A DNA stretch of 63,944 nucleotides, filler included, from Octopus bimaculoides (lineage: Eukaryota), in the NCBI RefSeq assembly GCF_001194135.2. It is 4 parts of 4 records of this genome, joined end to end, with 100 filler letters (N's around TTAATTAATTAA, not from the genome) between each part and the next. Parts side by side here need not be neighbours in the genome. Positions count along the whole stretch, not along the records: positions 43,865 to 61,837 come from NC_068990.1; positions 61,938 to 63,944 come from NW_026349548.1; 2 more parts are not named here. One strand, given 5' to 3'. The notes under the pieces are model-generated. The model saw only the letters and a program-made list of their open reading frames with translations, did no database searches and was not told where the DNA came from. Positions 48,019-61,982 of the stretch are shown here, piece by piece (position 1 is the stretch's first letter; each line of letters opens with the position of its first letter). Position numbers and translations under genes: made by a program.

Positions 48019-48552
48019 NNNNNNNNNNNNNNNNNNNNNNNNNNNNNNNNNNNNNNNNNNNNNNNNNNNNNNNNNNNNNNNNNNNNNNNNNNNNNNNNNN
48101 NNNNNNNNNNNNNNNNNNNNNNNNNNNNNNNNNNNNNNNNNNNNNNNNNNNNNNNNNNNNNNNNNNNNNNNNNNNNNNNNNNNNNNNNNNNNNNNNNNNN
48201 NNNNNNNNNNNNNNNNNNNNNNNNNNNNNNNNNNNNNNNNNNNNNNNNNNNNNNNNNNNNNNNNNNNNNNNNNNNNNNNNNNNNNNNNNNNNNNNNNNNN
48301 NNNNNNNNNNNNNNNNNNNNNNNNNNNNNNNNNNNNNNNNNNNNNNNNNNNNNNNNNNNNNNNNNNNNNNNNNNNNNNNNNNNNNNNNNNNNNNNNNNNN
48401 NNNNNNNNNNNNNNNNNNNNNNNNNNNNNNNNNNNNNNNNNNNNNNNNNNNNNNNNNNNNNNNNNNNNNNNNNNNNNNNNNNNNNNNNNNNNNNNNNNNN
48501 NNNNNNNNNNNNNNNNNNNNNNNNNNNNNNNNNNNNNNNNNNNNNNNNNNNN

Positions 48553-48586
<34 letters not shown>

Positions 48587-49131
48587 CTCTGTGTGTGTGT
48601 GTGTGTGTGTTTGTATTTGTATTTATATGTATGGATTTTGTATATATGTATGTATGTAGGATTAGATCTACAGACTCGCTAGAACGTCAAAAACATGCAT
48701 TGCGATATTTGTTTCTACTCCTTATGTTGTAAGTTGAAATTCTGCCGATATTATCTATGTTTCTCATCCTTTCAAGTTCGATAAAAATGAAGTACATGTC
48801 AAGTATTGCAGTCGATGAGACTAGATTAACTCCTTCCAGCAAACTGTTATACACATACCGAAATCTAATGCCATCTATACACATGTGTCTGTATGTATAT
48901 ATACATGTATATGCGTGTGTACGTATGTGTGTGTGTGTGTGTGTCTGTGTACATGTGTGTGTTTTAATACTGAACAGTGATAATGAGCGCTCAACAACGC
49001 ATTAGTAGATAAATATTCTTTATTTTTGGCATAATAATTGTACCATTGGTTTCATAGCGAGAGAAATCGCTCAACAATTATCCAGTCACATAACGTTGGT
49101 ACTCGCCTCCATCTTATATACACGAATGAAA

Positions 49132-49196
<65 letters not shown>

Positions 49197-49235
49197 ATGA
49201 ATAAATATTTTTATATATATAGACATATATATGTA

Positions 49236-49945
49236 GGAGGGTGTACCCAAAAGAAACCGGAATTTTGCAATATTATTTTATTCACTTAGTTTTGCATGTT
49301 TACATTTTTATCTCCTTCAAAATATTCTCCATTTGAAGCAACTCATCAGTCCAAGTGCATTTTCCACGATTCGAAGCAATGCTGGAACTCTTGTAATGGG
49401 ATGCTGTTTAATGCTTCCAACGTTTTTTTTTTTCTGAAAATTCCGTAGCACCAGCTTTCGTAAAGAGGTCCGGATCAATTTTTAACTATTCTTTCAACTC
49501 ACGGCGCGCATTCAGTCATGACTGCTTTTGATCTTCTGTGGGCAAGCGAAGAACAACGTTTGCTGCAAATCATTTCATTCACAATACCTCGCTCAAAATT
49601 GATTGACAGGAGCTCCAGGACACGCCAGTCATATCAACAAGTTCGCCCATTGTTCGGCGACAGTCCTCTAAGATCAGTTCATGAATTTTCGTGATATCTC
49701 ATTCGTTCCGGAGGTTGGTGGTCGCTCTCAAGCGACAAGTTGCCATTACTAAAGTCTGAAAACCATTCATAAACTTATATTTTGTACATGGCAGCGGCCT
49801 TGTAAGCTTTTGGAACAAGAGAACTCTTTCAACCACCGTTTTCGCCAGCAGAAAAAAAGTTTTTCACGGAAGTACGCTGTTCCTTCGCTTCAGCCATCGT
49901 TAAAATCGACGAACCGAGAAGCACTGCGAAACAAAGAAACACCAG
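49236..49945 (-). mobile_element. Internally deleted mariner element
   Basis: TIR-like ta|ggagggtgtacccaaaagaaaccggaat. Minus translation MAEAKEQRTSVK...ITKIHELILEDCRRTMGELVDMTGVSWSSCQSILSEVL*MK*FAANVVLRLPTEDQKQS (mariner HTH region). The catalytic region is missing. Confidence 0.8.
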
Positions 49946-50552
49946 GTAGGAGAAACGACTTTTTGGGACTTGAACTCCGTATTAATTCTTATTAGTTATG
50001 AAAATTACTTTGCGTATTCTTCTACAGTGTCTTTGATTGGCAGACTGATGCCTGAGGATCCAGCAGCGGAAGCCTGAACTACAACGAGTTTGTCACGAAG
50101 AGAATGTTTCCATATGTATGTATATATACATACACACATACATATATATCATGCCTATTTATATACACATGCGCATACAAACATTCATACGTACATGCGT
50201 ACATGCATGCATACATTTAAATACATACATACATGATTCATACATACATACATACATACATACACACATATAATAAATTCGAAGATGTCGACCTAAGTAG
50301 GTGCTTCATTATGGTACTTTACGTCTAACTCCAGAACAAACCATAGCAAAATATTTAAAAAATGAATCTATAAGTATTATATACCACCTCATACTAAATT
50401 ATTCCAGCATAAAGTGCCTCACGCAGAGGAAGAAATATTACTGAAATCTCAATTCATAAACATTTACCTGCATTTTGACGTTTGTAGGAGAAACGACTTT
50501 TTGTGGTCTGAACTCCGTATTAATTCTTATTTAGTATGAATATACTTTGCGT
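49946..50552. repeat. About 70-bp direct repeat pair (49946-50015 and 50484-50552)
   Basis: gtaggagaaacgactttttg...gaactccgtattaattcttatt...tactttgcgt occurs twice. Confidence 0.9.
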
Positions 50553-50779
50553 GTCTTTGTTTATCATTCTACATTCACTAAGAAATCGGTTGTTGTTAGT
50601 TAAGTAAAAGAGAAAGCTAGAAGTGATTGTAGCATGCACCGTAAATTAATCGTGGAAACAGAGGCGGCCATTCGATTTCTTAGCTGAAATCAAATCACAT
50701 GATAAATTTCTTTTACTTTTGTCTTGTTTCAAACATTGTAATGCAATCATGTTTGGAAACCGCTTGGAAAGGTTTTATC

Positions 50780-51115
50780 GAACAAAATCGACCCTAGTAT
50801 TTTTTTTAAAGCCTAGTGTTCATTGTACCCCACCCATTTTTTTTTGCCGAACCGCTTGGTTACGAGAACGTAAACAAACCAACACTGGTTGGCAAGCGGT
50901 AGGGTGGGGGAGCAGAGAGAAAAACATGCACACATACATACTCACACGCATACACACACATATACGATGTGTTTCAATCAGTTTACAACTAAATTTACTC
51001 ACAAGGCTTTGGTCGGTCCGTGACCACAGTAGAAGACACTCGTCCTAGTTGCAATGCAGTGGGGCTGAACCTGGAACCATGGGGTTGGGAAGCAACGTCT
51101 TACTGCACACCCAGA
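50780..51115 (-). mobile_element. SINE family B, diverged
   Basis: gccgaaccgcttggttacgagaacgtaaacaaacc...ctcacaaggctttggtcgg...ggggctgaacctggaaccat. Confidence 0.8.
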
Positions 51116-52469
51116 CCCTTGACTAATACTACTGGAAAGTGATAAAGATTACAATATTCCATTCACGTTTACTTAATTTGTGAATATTTATTTATCTCAC
51201 TTGCGTGGAATAAAGTTATATTCTGAATAATGTTCTTACATCTGAAGCAATAACGCCGCTAGAAACACAAGCGTCGAAAAGAACGACAATACGGCCTTCT
51301 GGTAAAAATTCGTTCATCGACTACAAGCTCTGATCCACACACTTGCTGTAAACTTTTACTGTCGAGTCAATCCATCTTGCAATGACTTCTGAATTAGCTA
51401 GTCACATACCTAGATCCCTATTGCAAAGACTTCTGAATTAAAAAGTTATTTACCTAGATCCAAACATATGTCATGTCTCCACTCGTGGCACTACTGTCCA
51501 GACTCCACCGCACACAAACACATACACACACACACTCACACACAAACACACACACACATACACACACATAGACACATGCACACACACACATGCACACACA
51601 TCCCTCTCCCGCTCAAAACAAATTCTTATCATTCCCCAAAGTGTCAACGGCCTTGAATCCTCACTGGCAGCATATTTCCTGCAGTTGTAAATTTAGAGAT
51701 GTTCAAGCTGAAACATAAACGGCATCAATATTCCTAATCTCGGGAGGCCTGCAAAAGCTATGAGCACCCAATAACCAAGCAATATAACCTATATAATATT
51801 TAATTCTACGATGCATTTACCTTTCTCCGAGCATGTGGGACTTCAATTGATTAATGTAAATAATCTAAAATTACGTCTACCACAGTCTGGCAACACATTA
51901 CTGGCTAAAACCAATAATGGAATAATATATTATATATTTCACTGTATACATATACTTGTAGCTTCTTGTCTAGAAAGAAATTTGTTACGACGTGGATCGG
52001 TTGCTTACTACAGCGTGTAACTTCAATAAGGTATCTATTTAGAGTTTAGTGCTTTGACCATTACACAATAAAGAAACAATAGTAGGGAGGGCTGATTCAT
52101 AAAAGCTTTAAATACAATGGTTGATAATTTTATAATTCGTTGATATTTCGCTCAGTTGTGAATCTTGGATTAAGTCTGTAAACCACAAGACCATTTGACA
52201 TTATTGTAGACGTCATTTTCACTAAATTTATTTAAAGGAGCTCAGTCCGATTGAGGGCAGTGGGACATGAACACTTACCTACAACTAAAAGTGGTAGGGG
52301 GCACTCATCAGTGTTACTCTTACCCCAGACTTCGCTAACGTCTGTTTCGACCTATCACTCCTCTGTATAGATTCTGAGGATTGAATAATTTTACCATCTC
52401 CGACTCATCGGTTGCATAATTTAGAGTTGGGTCCAAAAGTTTCTGAACGAATAGTTGTACACATAAGCG

Positions 52470-52625
52470 CAGCCGTGAATGTGTGGTAAGAAGATTGCTT
52501 CACAACCAAATGGTTCCAAGTTCAATCCCACTGCGCGGTACCTTGGGTACGTGTCTTCTACTATGGTCACGGTGCAACCAAAGTTTGTGAGTAGAATTGG
52601 TTGATGGAAACTGAAAGAAGTCATT
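52470..52625 (+). mobile_element. SINE family B head followed by (AT)n
   Basis: tgtggtaagaagattgcttcacaaccaaatggttccaagttcaatcccactgcgcggtaccttggg. Confidence 0.8.
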
Positions 52626-52636
52626 CATATATAAAC

Positions 52637-52675
<39 letters not shown>

Positions 52676-52678
<3 letters not shown>

Positions 52679-52799
52679 GGTGTCCACGAAGTCTGGCTAC
52701 ATTGAGTAAATAAAATCATAACATAAACAATTAGATATAAAAAATAATTTCTTAAACTGTGTGTTAATCCCCATGTACCCAGACTTTGTGGACACCCTG
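52676..52799. mobile_element. 124-bp Tc1/mariner-type MITE with TA target duplication
   Basis: TA|cagggtgtccacgaagtctggctacat ... atgtacccagactttgtggacaccctg|TA. 27-bp TIRs with 2 mismatches. Confidence 0.9.
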
Positions 52800-52949
52800 T
52801 ATAAGCAATACGCATGCGCGAAATGAAAAATATGAAATGGTGATAATTTACCCATCGCACCCTGTATGCGTATTGCTTATTTTTAATTTGTCGACTACAA
52901 AGTATAATAAGATCAATTGGGTGCCGTCTGTGAGAAAAGCAGCACCATG

Positions 52950-53674
52950 ATGCAATTGACTGCCAGAAATTTGGAAACAATATGTTGTACTGCTTAGCAT
53001 TCGAGCCGGAAGATCCAATACGAACAGACAGTGAACACACAGAACATCTGTTGGATTGCCGTGTCCTCAAAATATGTACCGAGGATGATAAAATCAAAAA
53101 TCCAGTCAACATTATAGTGTTTGGGGTAGTCACTAGTGATAGCGACGTTATGTCTCCATTCATCTTCCCACAGGGCCTCAGATGCCTGGAGGATGTAGTG
53201 TTGCTCTGGGTCAAGAGGCTGGCCGTTGGAAGACCTTGTGTCTGGCAACAAGACTCTGCACCGTACCACACAAGCAGGAAAATCCAGTCATAGCTGTCAG
53301 ATAATTTCTGCGACCACATCACCCCTAACATCTGGCCACCTAACTCTCAAGACTGCAAGCCACTTGATTATTATGTATGGGGCACAGTTGAGCGAGAAAC
53401 CAACAAAACTTTTTGTAACACCAAAGATGAACTGAAGGCAAGGATTATGGCAGCATTCACCAACTTAAACAAAGGGACTGAACAGGAGAGTTGCAGGAGA
53501 TTCCGAAGTCGTCTGAAGGCCGTGGTTGAAGCTAATGGAGATTTTATTGAATAAATTTGCTCTTTAGTATCTCAATATATAATGTAATTTTGGTAAATAT
53601 ATCTGTTAAATTAAAATGTCAGCGTTATTTTCATTTTTGCGTAATTTAAACGACAATATACTCACTGCACCCTG
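52950..53674 (+). pseudogene. maT/DD37D transposase 3' half with right TIR
   Basis: IIVFGVVTSDSDVMSPFIFPQG; WQQDSAPYHTS followed 37 residues later by D in IWPPNSQDCKPLDYYVWG; VVEANGDFIE* ends at 53554; TIR-like tactcactgcaccctg. Confidence 0.9.
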
Positions 53675-53690
53675 TGTGTGTGTGTGCGTG

Positions 53691-53747
<57 letters not shown>

Positions 53748-53750
53748 ATA

Positions 53751-53795
<45 letters not shown>

Positions 53796-53833
53796 NNNNN
53801 NNNNNNNNNNNNNNNNNNNNNNNNNNNNNNNNN

Positions 53834-53865
<32 letters not shown>

Positions 53866-53899
53866 TTACATATATACATAATTATATATATATATGGGG

Positions 53900-54115
53900 G
53901 TATCTATGTCAGTGTTTGTCTCCCACCACTACTTGACAACAGGTGTTGGTGTGTTTACGTCGCATTAACCTAGCGTCTCGGCAAAAGTTTCTGATAGAGC
54001 AAGTACAATGCTCTTACAAACAAAAATCCTGGGGTTGGTTCATTAGACTACAATTCTTCAAGTCTGTGCTCCAGCATGGCTGCAGTCTAGTGACTGAAAT
54101 CTGAAGTAAGTAAAC
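53900..54115 (+). mobile_element. SINE family B 3' half
   Basis: tgtttgtctcccaccactacttgacaac...gtgctccagcatggctgcagtctagtgactgaaa. Confidence 0.8.
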
Positions 54116-55599
54116 ATATGTATGAACAAGATTGTATGTTAAAAGTAATATATAGATGAATTGAACAGAAGAATATTCCAAAGTGACTTTAACTAGCATT
54201 CTTTATTGAGAACATAACACAACGAAAATTAAGCTTATCTTTTTATTTTCAGAACGACTGTAAACATTCCAAAAAAAAACACCATATTTAATCTATGTTG
54301 GGTATAATTTCTCTTTTTTTTACCATAAACCAACCAATTTTCTTGATGCTTCTGTATCGTCGAGAAATTTTAGTGTGATGAACAATAATATAAAATCGTT
54401 TTTATTGACTAATAAACACTAGTAGAAGTCCGACAAAGCACGTTGCTAAATGTTGTTCACTTACAACGACGATACAAAATATTTGGTGTTTTTTAACAAA
54501 GTGTTTTTTTCTTAACCATTCTTTTAAATCTTTCCTGCATCTCTGCATCAAGTACAAGTTATACACTCGATTGATTCAATCTTCAATAACTCATCACTTT
54601 AACAGTACCCATAAGAAACAATAACAGCTGATTGAAACCATTTTACTTTATTCATCTTGATATTGATCTTGGAAGACCATGTGATCTCTCAACGTGGCCC
54701 TATGTTTATCTTCTCTTAACTTACTGATTTTCATTTATAATCGAAAAGACAATATTTTCAATAGACTACCCTCAGTATTTCTTCCTGTTATTCTCTAAGG
54801 ACTCATGCAACTCAGTGTTCATTCAGTAAAACTCACTATTCTCTTTAGCCATTCTAAGACCTTCTTGTCCAGGTTAGATTCTGCTTCACTGATGAGTTCT
54901 ATCGATATATAATGCTGAAGCATGTCCGAATTTGTCAACACATTGGCAAAAATAGGCTTACTCCTCACTGCTTTAGTTTGACTTGAAAACTCAAATCCTA
55001 ACAGAATCTTGTGGCAATACCATGACATCCAACATGTTTTGAGCATCTAAAGCTTGTAGAGCTCATACATTTGGCCACATCAGAGACAAAGGAGGGAGAA
55101 TTGTTCTCCGTAACGACACACCATTTCTCGAACCGAAAAATGGTGAGCTTAACTGCAGTAAGTTTTGGACACAAAGTACAAAGAAATTAACTTTGCATAG
55201 TAATATAACCGAGGTTCTATCTACTTTCTCAATTCATCCTAATATCACCATAAATTATTATTTAACTGATTTTATTGAAAATCCCGGGATTGTCTAATCA
55301 AAATTTAAAAGATAGTGACATTTTCTTATTATAATGAACGTAATTTTAATTAATATTTCGATTTTTGGTTCTTTTTTTTTTTTTAGATTTTTATTTATTT
55401 ATTTATTTTACATTAGGTATATTAAGTGCTTACTTAAATTATTTGTTATTTTCACGCTGCATGTGTCCTTAGGCTCTACCCGCGGACATCCAACATCATA
55501 GACATCTTCATTTCAAACAGAACGCGGTAAAATTTTTACTTCAGATCAACAATAGCTTATCACATGTACACACAGCTTAATGTATATAATGATTATAAG

Positions 55600-55790
55600 G
55601 GGCCGCGCGGGCAAAATGGTAAGCGGCATTTTGTCCGTCTTTATGTTCTGAGTTCAAATTCCTCCGAGGTTGAATTTTGCCTTTCATCCTTTCGGAGTCG
55701 ATAAAATAAGTACCAGTTAAAAACTGGGAGTCGATATAACCGATTTACTCCCCACCCTGAAATTGCTGGCCTTGTGCCAAAATTTGAAAT
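55600..55790 (+). mobile_element. SINE family A
   Basis: gcgggcaaaatggtaagcggcattttgtccgtc...gctggccttgtgccaaaatttgaaa. Confidence 0.88.
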
Positions 55791-56576
55791 CACCAAAATA
55801 TAATCGTTATTTTCGTCTTGGAAAAGAAGAGATAATTAGGTCGAAGCAACCAAACTAATTATATAAATATAATGGACATAGTTTAGTACCTGATTGGTAT
55901 TTAATGATTAGCCAACAAGTTATAAAGCATGTTAGGATAAAATCCCGTTATTTTTGTTTTTTATGTATAGAGAGACTAACAAAAGGTATTTAACTTTCAC
56001 GGCAAAAGTTTTACGAACTTGAGATTATCTATAATAACAATATCCTAGTTATTCTAATATGCTAAGTACATAAAATATTTATTCATTATTCAATTATTAA
56101 TTATTCGAAGCAAACGCACGGTATGCAAATTAGTTAGATTCAGTTAACTCCTGGCTTGTTTTTGATTGAAATAACGATTACCTAAAGTTTCCTCAGTGGT
56201 GAGGAGGATGAGGATCACTTTTTATCTGATGAAAATGTCAGGATAATTTCCGACATGTTTAAGCAGATAAAGAGATTAACATGATATATTTATATGTTTA
56301 TGTTCCACAAGAATAATTGAAATTTTCAGTTTACTATTGTATATAAACTGGAGAATCCAATTTAGTTAAGCCCATAGCAATAGCAGATCAAGAGTCTTTG
56401 TGGATGATGAATGAGGGAACGCAGTTGTTGGGCCTTTAATTTCTTTTCTCTTTCAAACTTTTCTCCCCATTATTTATTTTCTTAATTGTTCTCTTTCAAT
56501 ACTTTCCTCTTCCATTCTTTTCACAGAGACAGGGAGAGAGAGATAGAGAGAAGTAGAGAGAGAGAGACACACACAC

Positions 56577-56608
<32 letters not shown>

Positions 56609-58134
56609 GTGTATGCGTGGTTTGAGCCTGGAGAATATGTTTGCCCTCACTTCAACATATGAAACTATTAGTAGCGCTTTAATACATGTATTGTGACCTT
56701 AAATAATATTTATCTCTCACCAGATGGAGTACTTTTTAATGTTGAATTTTCTTCACGGATCAGTACATTATATATATATATATATACGTGTGTGCTTGAG
56801 TGAGCGAAGGACAGTGGCTGTAGCTGTCACAAGAACTCCAGATAAGTGATGTCAATATGTCGATGCATCAGATCCTCTTCTTGAACATCTGGTGATACTT
56901 GAAGACAACAGGAAAAAAAGGTCAGTGATAGAATTCTTCGTAGATTACCTTCAGTATATGAATGATAGAGTGTAACCGTTGATGAAGGGACCTTACATTG
57001 GACACAAGACGGTTAATACAAGTTAAGGATGTGTGAGTCTTGAGCCTCTACTTTGTTGGCATGAAGCCAGCCAACTAGGAATAGAGAACATTGTAGAAAC
57101 AGTAAAAAAAAAATAGTAGAGCGTGACTACAGCACAGTGCTGGGGTGTGCAGTCGACCGATTCCGTGATACTCAGCCGTGTAGCCTTTTATACTGGATGT
57201 GGATTAAGATATTTGTGTGTGCAGCAGAGACACACTCTCAGATGTAACAAAAGAATTCCATTATAGTACTGCAGTAAATATGTCTAGTGGGAGTTGGAGA
57301 AAACCATAGGTTAAGTAACTATATATTACTCTGGTCTTTGGATTACTGTATGACTATTCACCTTAATTGTTGACCAGGCCTGCTAACAGGATAGCGAGAC
57401 TGTGTAACAATCGAACACAATGTAGTAAGAAGCTTCTAGTAGTACATAACCTTCTTACTCATAGATTCTTGTTATTCCTATTATAAAAAGTACTTCATAT
57501 GTGATTATGTACTATATAGATGCACCAAACGTTGGTGGAAGTTCAAGAATTCTTTTAAAAAGAAGGTCTAAAAAGAAAATAGTGCTGTCTTGCCAGTACT
57601 TGTTTGAAATATCAACATATCTCGATATTAATGACACAAACTCATTTCTATCAGTATTTGAGAAACTATCAATAAGTACCAGCAAATTATTACTATTATT
57701 ATCAGTCTTAGAACTAGCGAATTAAAAATTCTGGTTGACTTTCTGAGGATTACTGATTTCTAAAGCAGATGCCACCGAGAAATAAACATAAACTCAAGAT
57801 GTGTGAGGAAGGTAGAGAAGGTGGCAATTTATAAGAAATACTTGGAGAAAATTTATTGGATACTGATTATGAGAAAAAGCAGAACATAAAACAGAAGAGA
57901 AAACGATAAAATAATTTTCAGGACATCCATCATACATTCCATCGTCATCAGATACTATCCACTGGTTGTCGTCTTGCCGACAAATATTTAAATATTCACT
58001 GAGCAATTGCTTAATCATATAAATAATGGTCTCAAAGCAACGTTGTGGAACATTTCAACATTATTTTGTATATTCTAAATAACTATGAATTTGAAACATG
58101 ATTTTTATTATTATTATTATTATTATTATTGTAT

Positions 58135-58580
58135 AAGGCGGCGAGCTGGCAGAATCGTTTGCACGCCGGGCGAAATGCTTAGCAGCATTTCTTCCGCCTT
58201 GACGTTCTGAGCTCAAATTCCGCTTAGATCGACTTTCCCTTTCATCCTTTCGGGGTCGATAAATTAAGAACATGTGAAACATTAGAGTCGATGTAATCGA
58301 CTAGTCCCCTCCCACAAAATTTGAGGCCTTGTGCCTATAGTAGAAAGGATTATTATAATAATTACCAAAGGAGGCGAGCTGACAGAATCGTTAAGAAGCC
58401 GGGCAAAATGCTTAGCGGCATTTCGTCCGTCCTTCTGTTCTGAATTCAAATTCCGCCGAAATCGACTTTACCTTTTATCTTTTCGGGGTCGATGAAATAA
58501 GTACCAGTTACGCACTATAATCAACTATCCCCCTTCAACGCAATTTCACGCTTTGTGCCTAAAGTAGAAAGGATTATTGT
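58135..58580 (+). mobile_element. Two head-to-tail SINE family A copies
   Basis: aaggcggcgagctggcagaatcgtt at 58135 and aaggaggcgagctgacagaatcgtt at 58368. Both end tgtgcct...gtagaaaggattatt. Confidence 0.9.
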
Positions 58581-59339
58581 TATTGTTTTTCTTTTGTTTT
58601 GTTTTGTTTTTAATTATTGTGGTGGTGATGGTATCAGTAACATGCGGCTTCGAATCGCTCGTTGTTCGTCTGTTTGTGCGTAAAAGTTCTTAATTGTTAT
58701 AAACTTAGAATCTTATGAGATAACATTTAAGCCAATCGCAATACATTGGGTTGACTGATTTTACTTTTTGTTGTTTTTCTTTCTTTTGTTTTTTTTTCTG
58801 TTTTCTTCTCTTTGTCTCTGACTCCGTTGGGATTCAAATTTGTTGAAATATTTTTCCAATTTCATCATGAAAGCATATTTTTTCAAACACGCCGTTGACT
58901 TCCATCAACTACAACTGAGTGAAAATGCAAGAGGAGACTCGCAAGGTTAACTAGAACACCTGGAAGAGGAAGAGAATAGTTTTCAAATGTTGAGAAGTTC
59001 AGTTCTAAGATATTCCTTTTGTTAGCAAAGTTTTTGATTTCATTTCAGTCATCGAAATGCACGAACCTTTACAGGAGGCAAACTTAAGCAGAGAAAAGTT
59101 ATACCCAGTATACCACAACACTATTTAGATCAAACAGAAAGGGAAAACAATTCTTTATAGACTGCACGTGCGAAAAGACAGAAATTAGAGTGTTTACCTT
59201 TAGACTAAGGTTGACTGGACGGAGAAAAATTCATCTGGTATGGATAGTCTGCCCTCTGAGCTTACTTTATATATCAAGCTTGTTTGAAGACCGCTTAATA
59301 GATACCTACGGCAACTGACAGAAGAACAGGATGATTTTC

Positions 59340-60450
59340 AGTTTTGGGAGTCGAAAAGTTGAGATGCTGTTGAGAATCGACCCAAAACTGGGATCACATT
59401 GAGAGTTTTCAGTCCATAACTCAATCGCAAGTCTTCAAATTTTGTCTAAGGTCTTAGTGAAAAATTTAACGCTTCTCGTCGATGGTCTGATTAGTGATGT
59501 GCGAACATATGCCATTCGGAAAAGATTTATCCAGGAAAACCTCACCTCATACGATACATCACAGAGCCTGAGTAAGAAGCCTGGAACGGTTGGAGTCCTA
59601 ATCAAGTTAGATTAATGAAAAATCTTCCAATAGGTTTGGCCACCAATACTTGGCGGATGTTCTCACCTCACCCATGATCGGTCCCGTTTCTCAAGGTTGG
59701 ATCATCGCAATTATTTATTTTTACTCAGTTGTTATGTCGAATGGCCATATATTCATATGCACTCGGTTTGTTAAGTTTGTGCTACCTCATTTCTTCCGCA
59801 TGCAACGGCGCTTGAGCCATGGCTGTGGAAACAAGATATGTTGAAGAGCAACGTGCGCAAATTATGATGCAGAATATCCATGTCAGTATACATGGATGGT
59901 GTCACCGTCATAGTGTTGAACATCAAGCACATCAAGGTGATAGGTACTGATCCAAAGGGTTACGAATTGGTAACAGGATAAAAAAAATCATCCAAGGGGT
60001 GTCAGTTAGCTTCCTGCTGCTCGGCGACTGGAGAAGCAGGTCCATAGCATGTGAGAGAGTCGTGAGTCGCTGGACAGACTGAGAGGTTAAATTGCTCATT
60101 GTTTGGTTTGGTTCAGACATTCATTGAACACGAAGAGTGGCTAGTCTCAATCAGTAATGAGCCAAGAGGAAACTATGCTTGAAGGGTCGGATGGAGAAAG
60201 CGAGCGTCTACATTGAATTTGTCATCTCTTAATTCCTGATCATTGTGCTTTACTCCGAACCATGGTTGATAAGAACGGAACACTTGTTCTTCCGCTTTCT
60301 GTAGGTAGGACGTACTCTGCTGGTTTGTTTGCTGTCAATATCTACTGCATTGAGGACTAGGCATACCGTAGCTAATGATGCGCAGATATGCGCTGGGGCG
60401 CTGACATCTCCAAAGTTTTCTGGACAGTGTGTAGGTGTGGTCACTTTTTG
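59340..60450 (+). pseudogene. Highly degenerate L1/Tx1-clade LINE reverse transcriptase relic
   Basis: Across frames: LQILSKVLVKNLTLLVDGLISDVRTYAIRKRFIQEN..GVLIKLD, EKSSNRFGHQYLADVL..GPVSQGWI, SVYMDGVTVIV (decayed YADD), KLCLKGRMEKASVYI..HLFFRFL, GLGIP*LMMRRYAL. The order matches RT domains 1-5 and the post-RT region. Confidence 0.75.
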
Positions 60451-61837
60451 TTAGAAGTGCTTTTCTGCAGTTCTCTTCAATAGAGCTTCCGTACCGGATC
60501 AAGCATGAACAGAATGAGGGCTCTTAGAGTGTTATCAGGCGCTCACATCCCACTGTTTGTTGAACAATGCTCGATCTTGTGTCTATTGTAAAAAGAATCA
60601 TCATTATCATTGTTCATGAGTTACAAATTTCGAATTGCATTGTACTCAGTACTGTTTTTCACACCTGCTGTATCCATAATATAAGTACTAGTCAAATACT
60701 AATAACAATATAATCGTCTGTACCCCAACTCCGAATTTCTGACCTTTTACTTGATTAAGAAACAATTATTGTTATTGATAATGGCATTTACAATATACTG
60801 AAGTAAAGTTTTTAGTTACAATGCTTTGACAAAGAAACTATTTCTAATAGAATTTCTGGAGGAAAGAATTACAATTTGGGGAGAAGTTATGGAAAGAAAA
60901 TACTTTTTAAAAATATATTATTATATCTCTTTTATTTCCTTTCCTTTCTGTCATACAGAACTAGTTCCTCCTTGATGTGGTCATGTGACATCTCGATACA
61001 GAACTTTCTTTGTATTAGCTGATCCAAATAATTATTAATCCTTATCGAAATTATTTACTTATGTTTCTGCTAACTTTTTCCATTTAAAGGAAAATATAGT
61101 TTGAATAAAAACAAACTTTTCAGAATTCCTCTGGGAATAACGTTGTTCGGACATTCCGATATTAAAATTGGATTTTGACAGCATCTTTTGCGTTTGCTTA
61201 ACACTGTTACGTTCTGAAAGAGTATCATGAGAACTGACAAATCTCTAAAGACAGAAAACATGTCGAAGAAATACGAAGAACATTGAAATAATTTACTAGT
61301 GTCACTGTACATCTGAACTGTTTGGGGATAGGTTGTCCAGTAAGGCTTTTAGTTGAAGGGATATTAGCTGAATAGAATTACATTACTTTTTGATTTAAAA
61401 GGGGAAGAATTCTCTGGAGAATCATGTCTGAATAAACAGATACAATGAAGTGGACTTTGATATGTTAGTTAGTAAGTTTAATCAAGTATGCACAGGTTCA
61501 ATATTATATAGCAGTTTTGCTTAATGTTATCCAAAAGTTATTATTTAATGTTAGTTTGTTTTAGCAAGACACAAAGATGTTATAATTTTCAATCGAGAAT
61601 ATATAACTCTGTCGTGTTTTAGCAAATCTTCAGAGACGCAAAATGATTCAACTGGATTTCAAATGGAAACTGAAACAGCAGCGTAAAGGACTCACTCTTG
61701 ACAACAAAAGGAAATATTTTTCATTTGGTATACTGTACATTAGGTGCAAGTCAAAAGTGAACAGAGTGAACTTTAGTAGATTGAATCTATTTCAGTTCAT
61801 CATTTGAACTATGCAGATATATATATATATATATATA

Positions 61838-61937
61838 NNNNNNNNNNNNNNNNNNNNNNNNNNNNNNNNNNNNNNNNNNNNTTAATTAATTAANNNNNNN
61901 NNNNNNNNNNNNNNNNNNNNNNNNNNNNNNNNNNNNN
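61838..61937. other. Artificial scaffold-join spacer
   Basis: 44 N + TTAATTAATTAA + 44 N. Confidence 0.95.

Positions 61938-61982
<45 letters not shown>

Noticed and set aside
54240-55150. Protein-like minus-strand relic (…ELISEAESNLDKKVLEWLK…)
   Set aside because: Stop frequency is close to random and I could not assign any family. A translated HMM search would be needed.
56820-57460. Possible CR1/L2 ORF1-endonuclease relic
   Set aside because: Only a faint resemblance (LVSNVRSL) with no catalytic motifs recovered.
57501-58050. Coding-like segment with 74-aa ORFs on both strands
   Set aside because: No homology recognised and no consistent splice sites or frame.
60958-61312. Candidate exons at strong acceptor-like sites on both strands
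   Set aside because: Frames close quickly or lack good donors, and no product was recognised.
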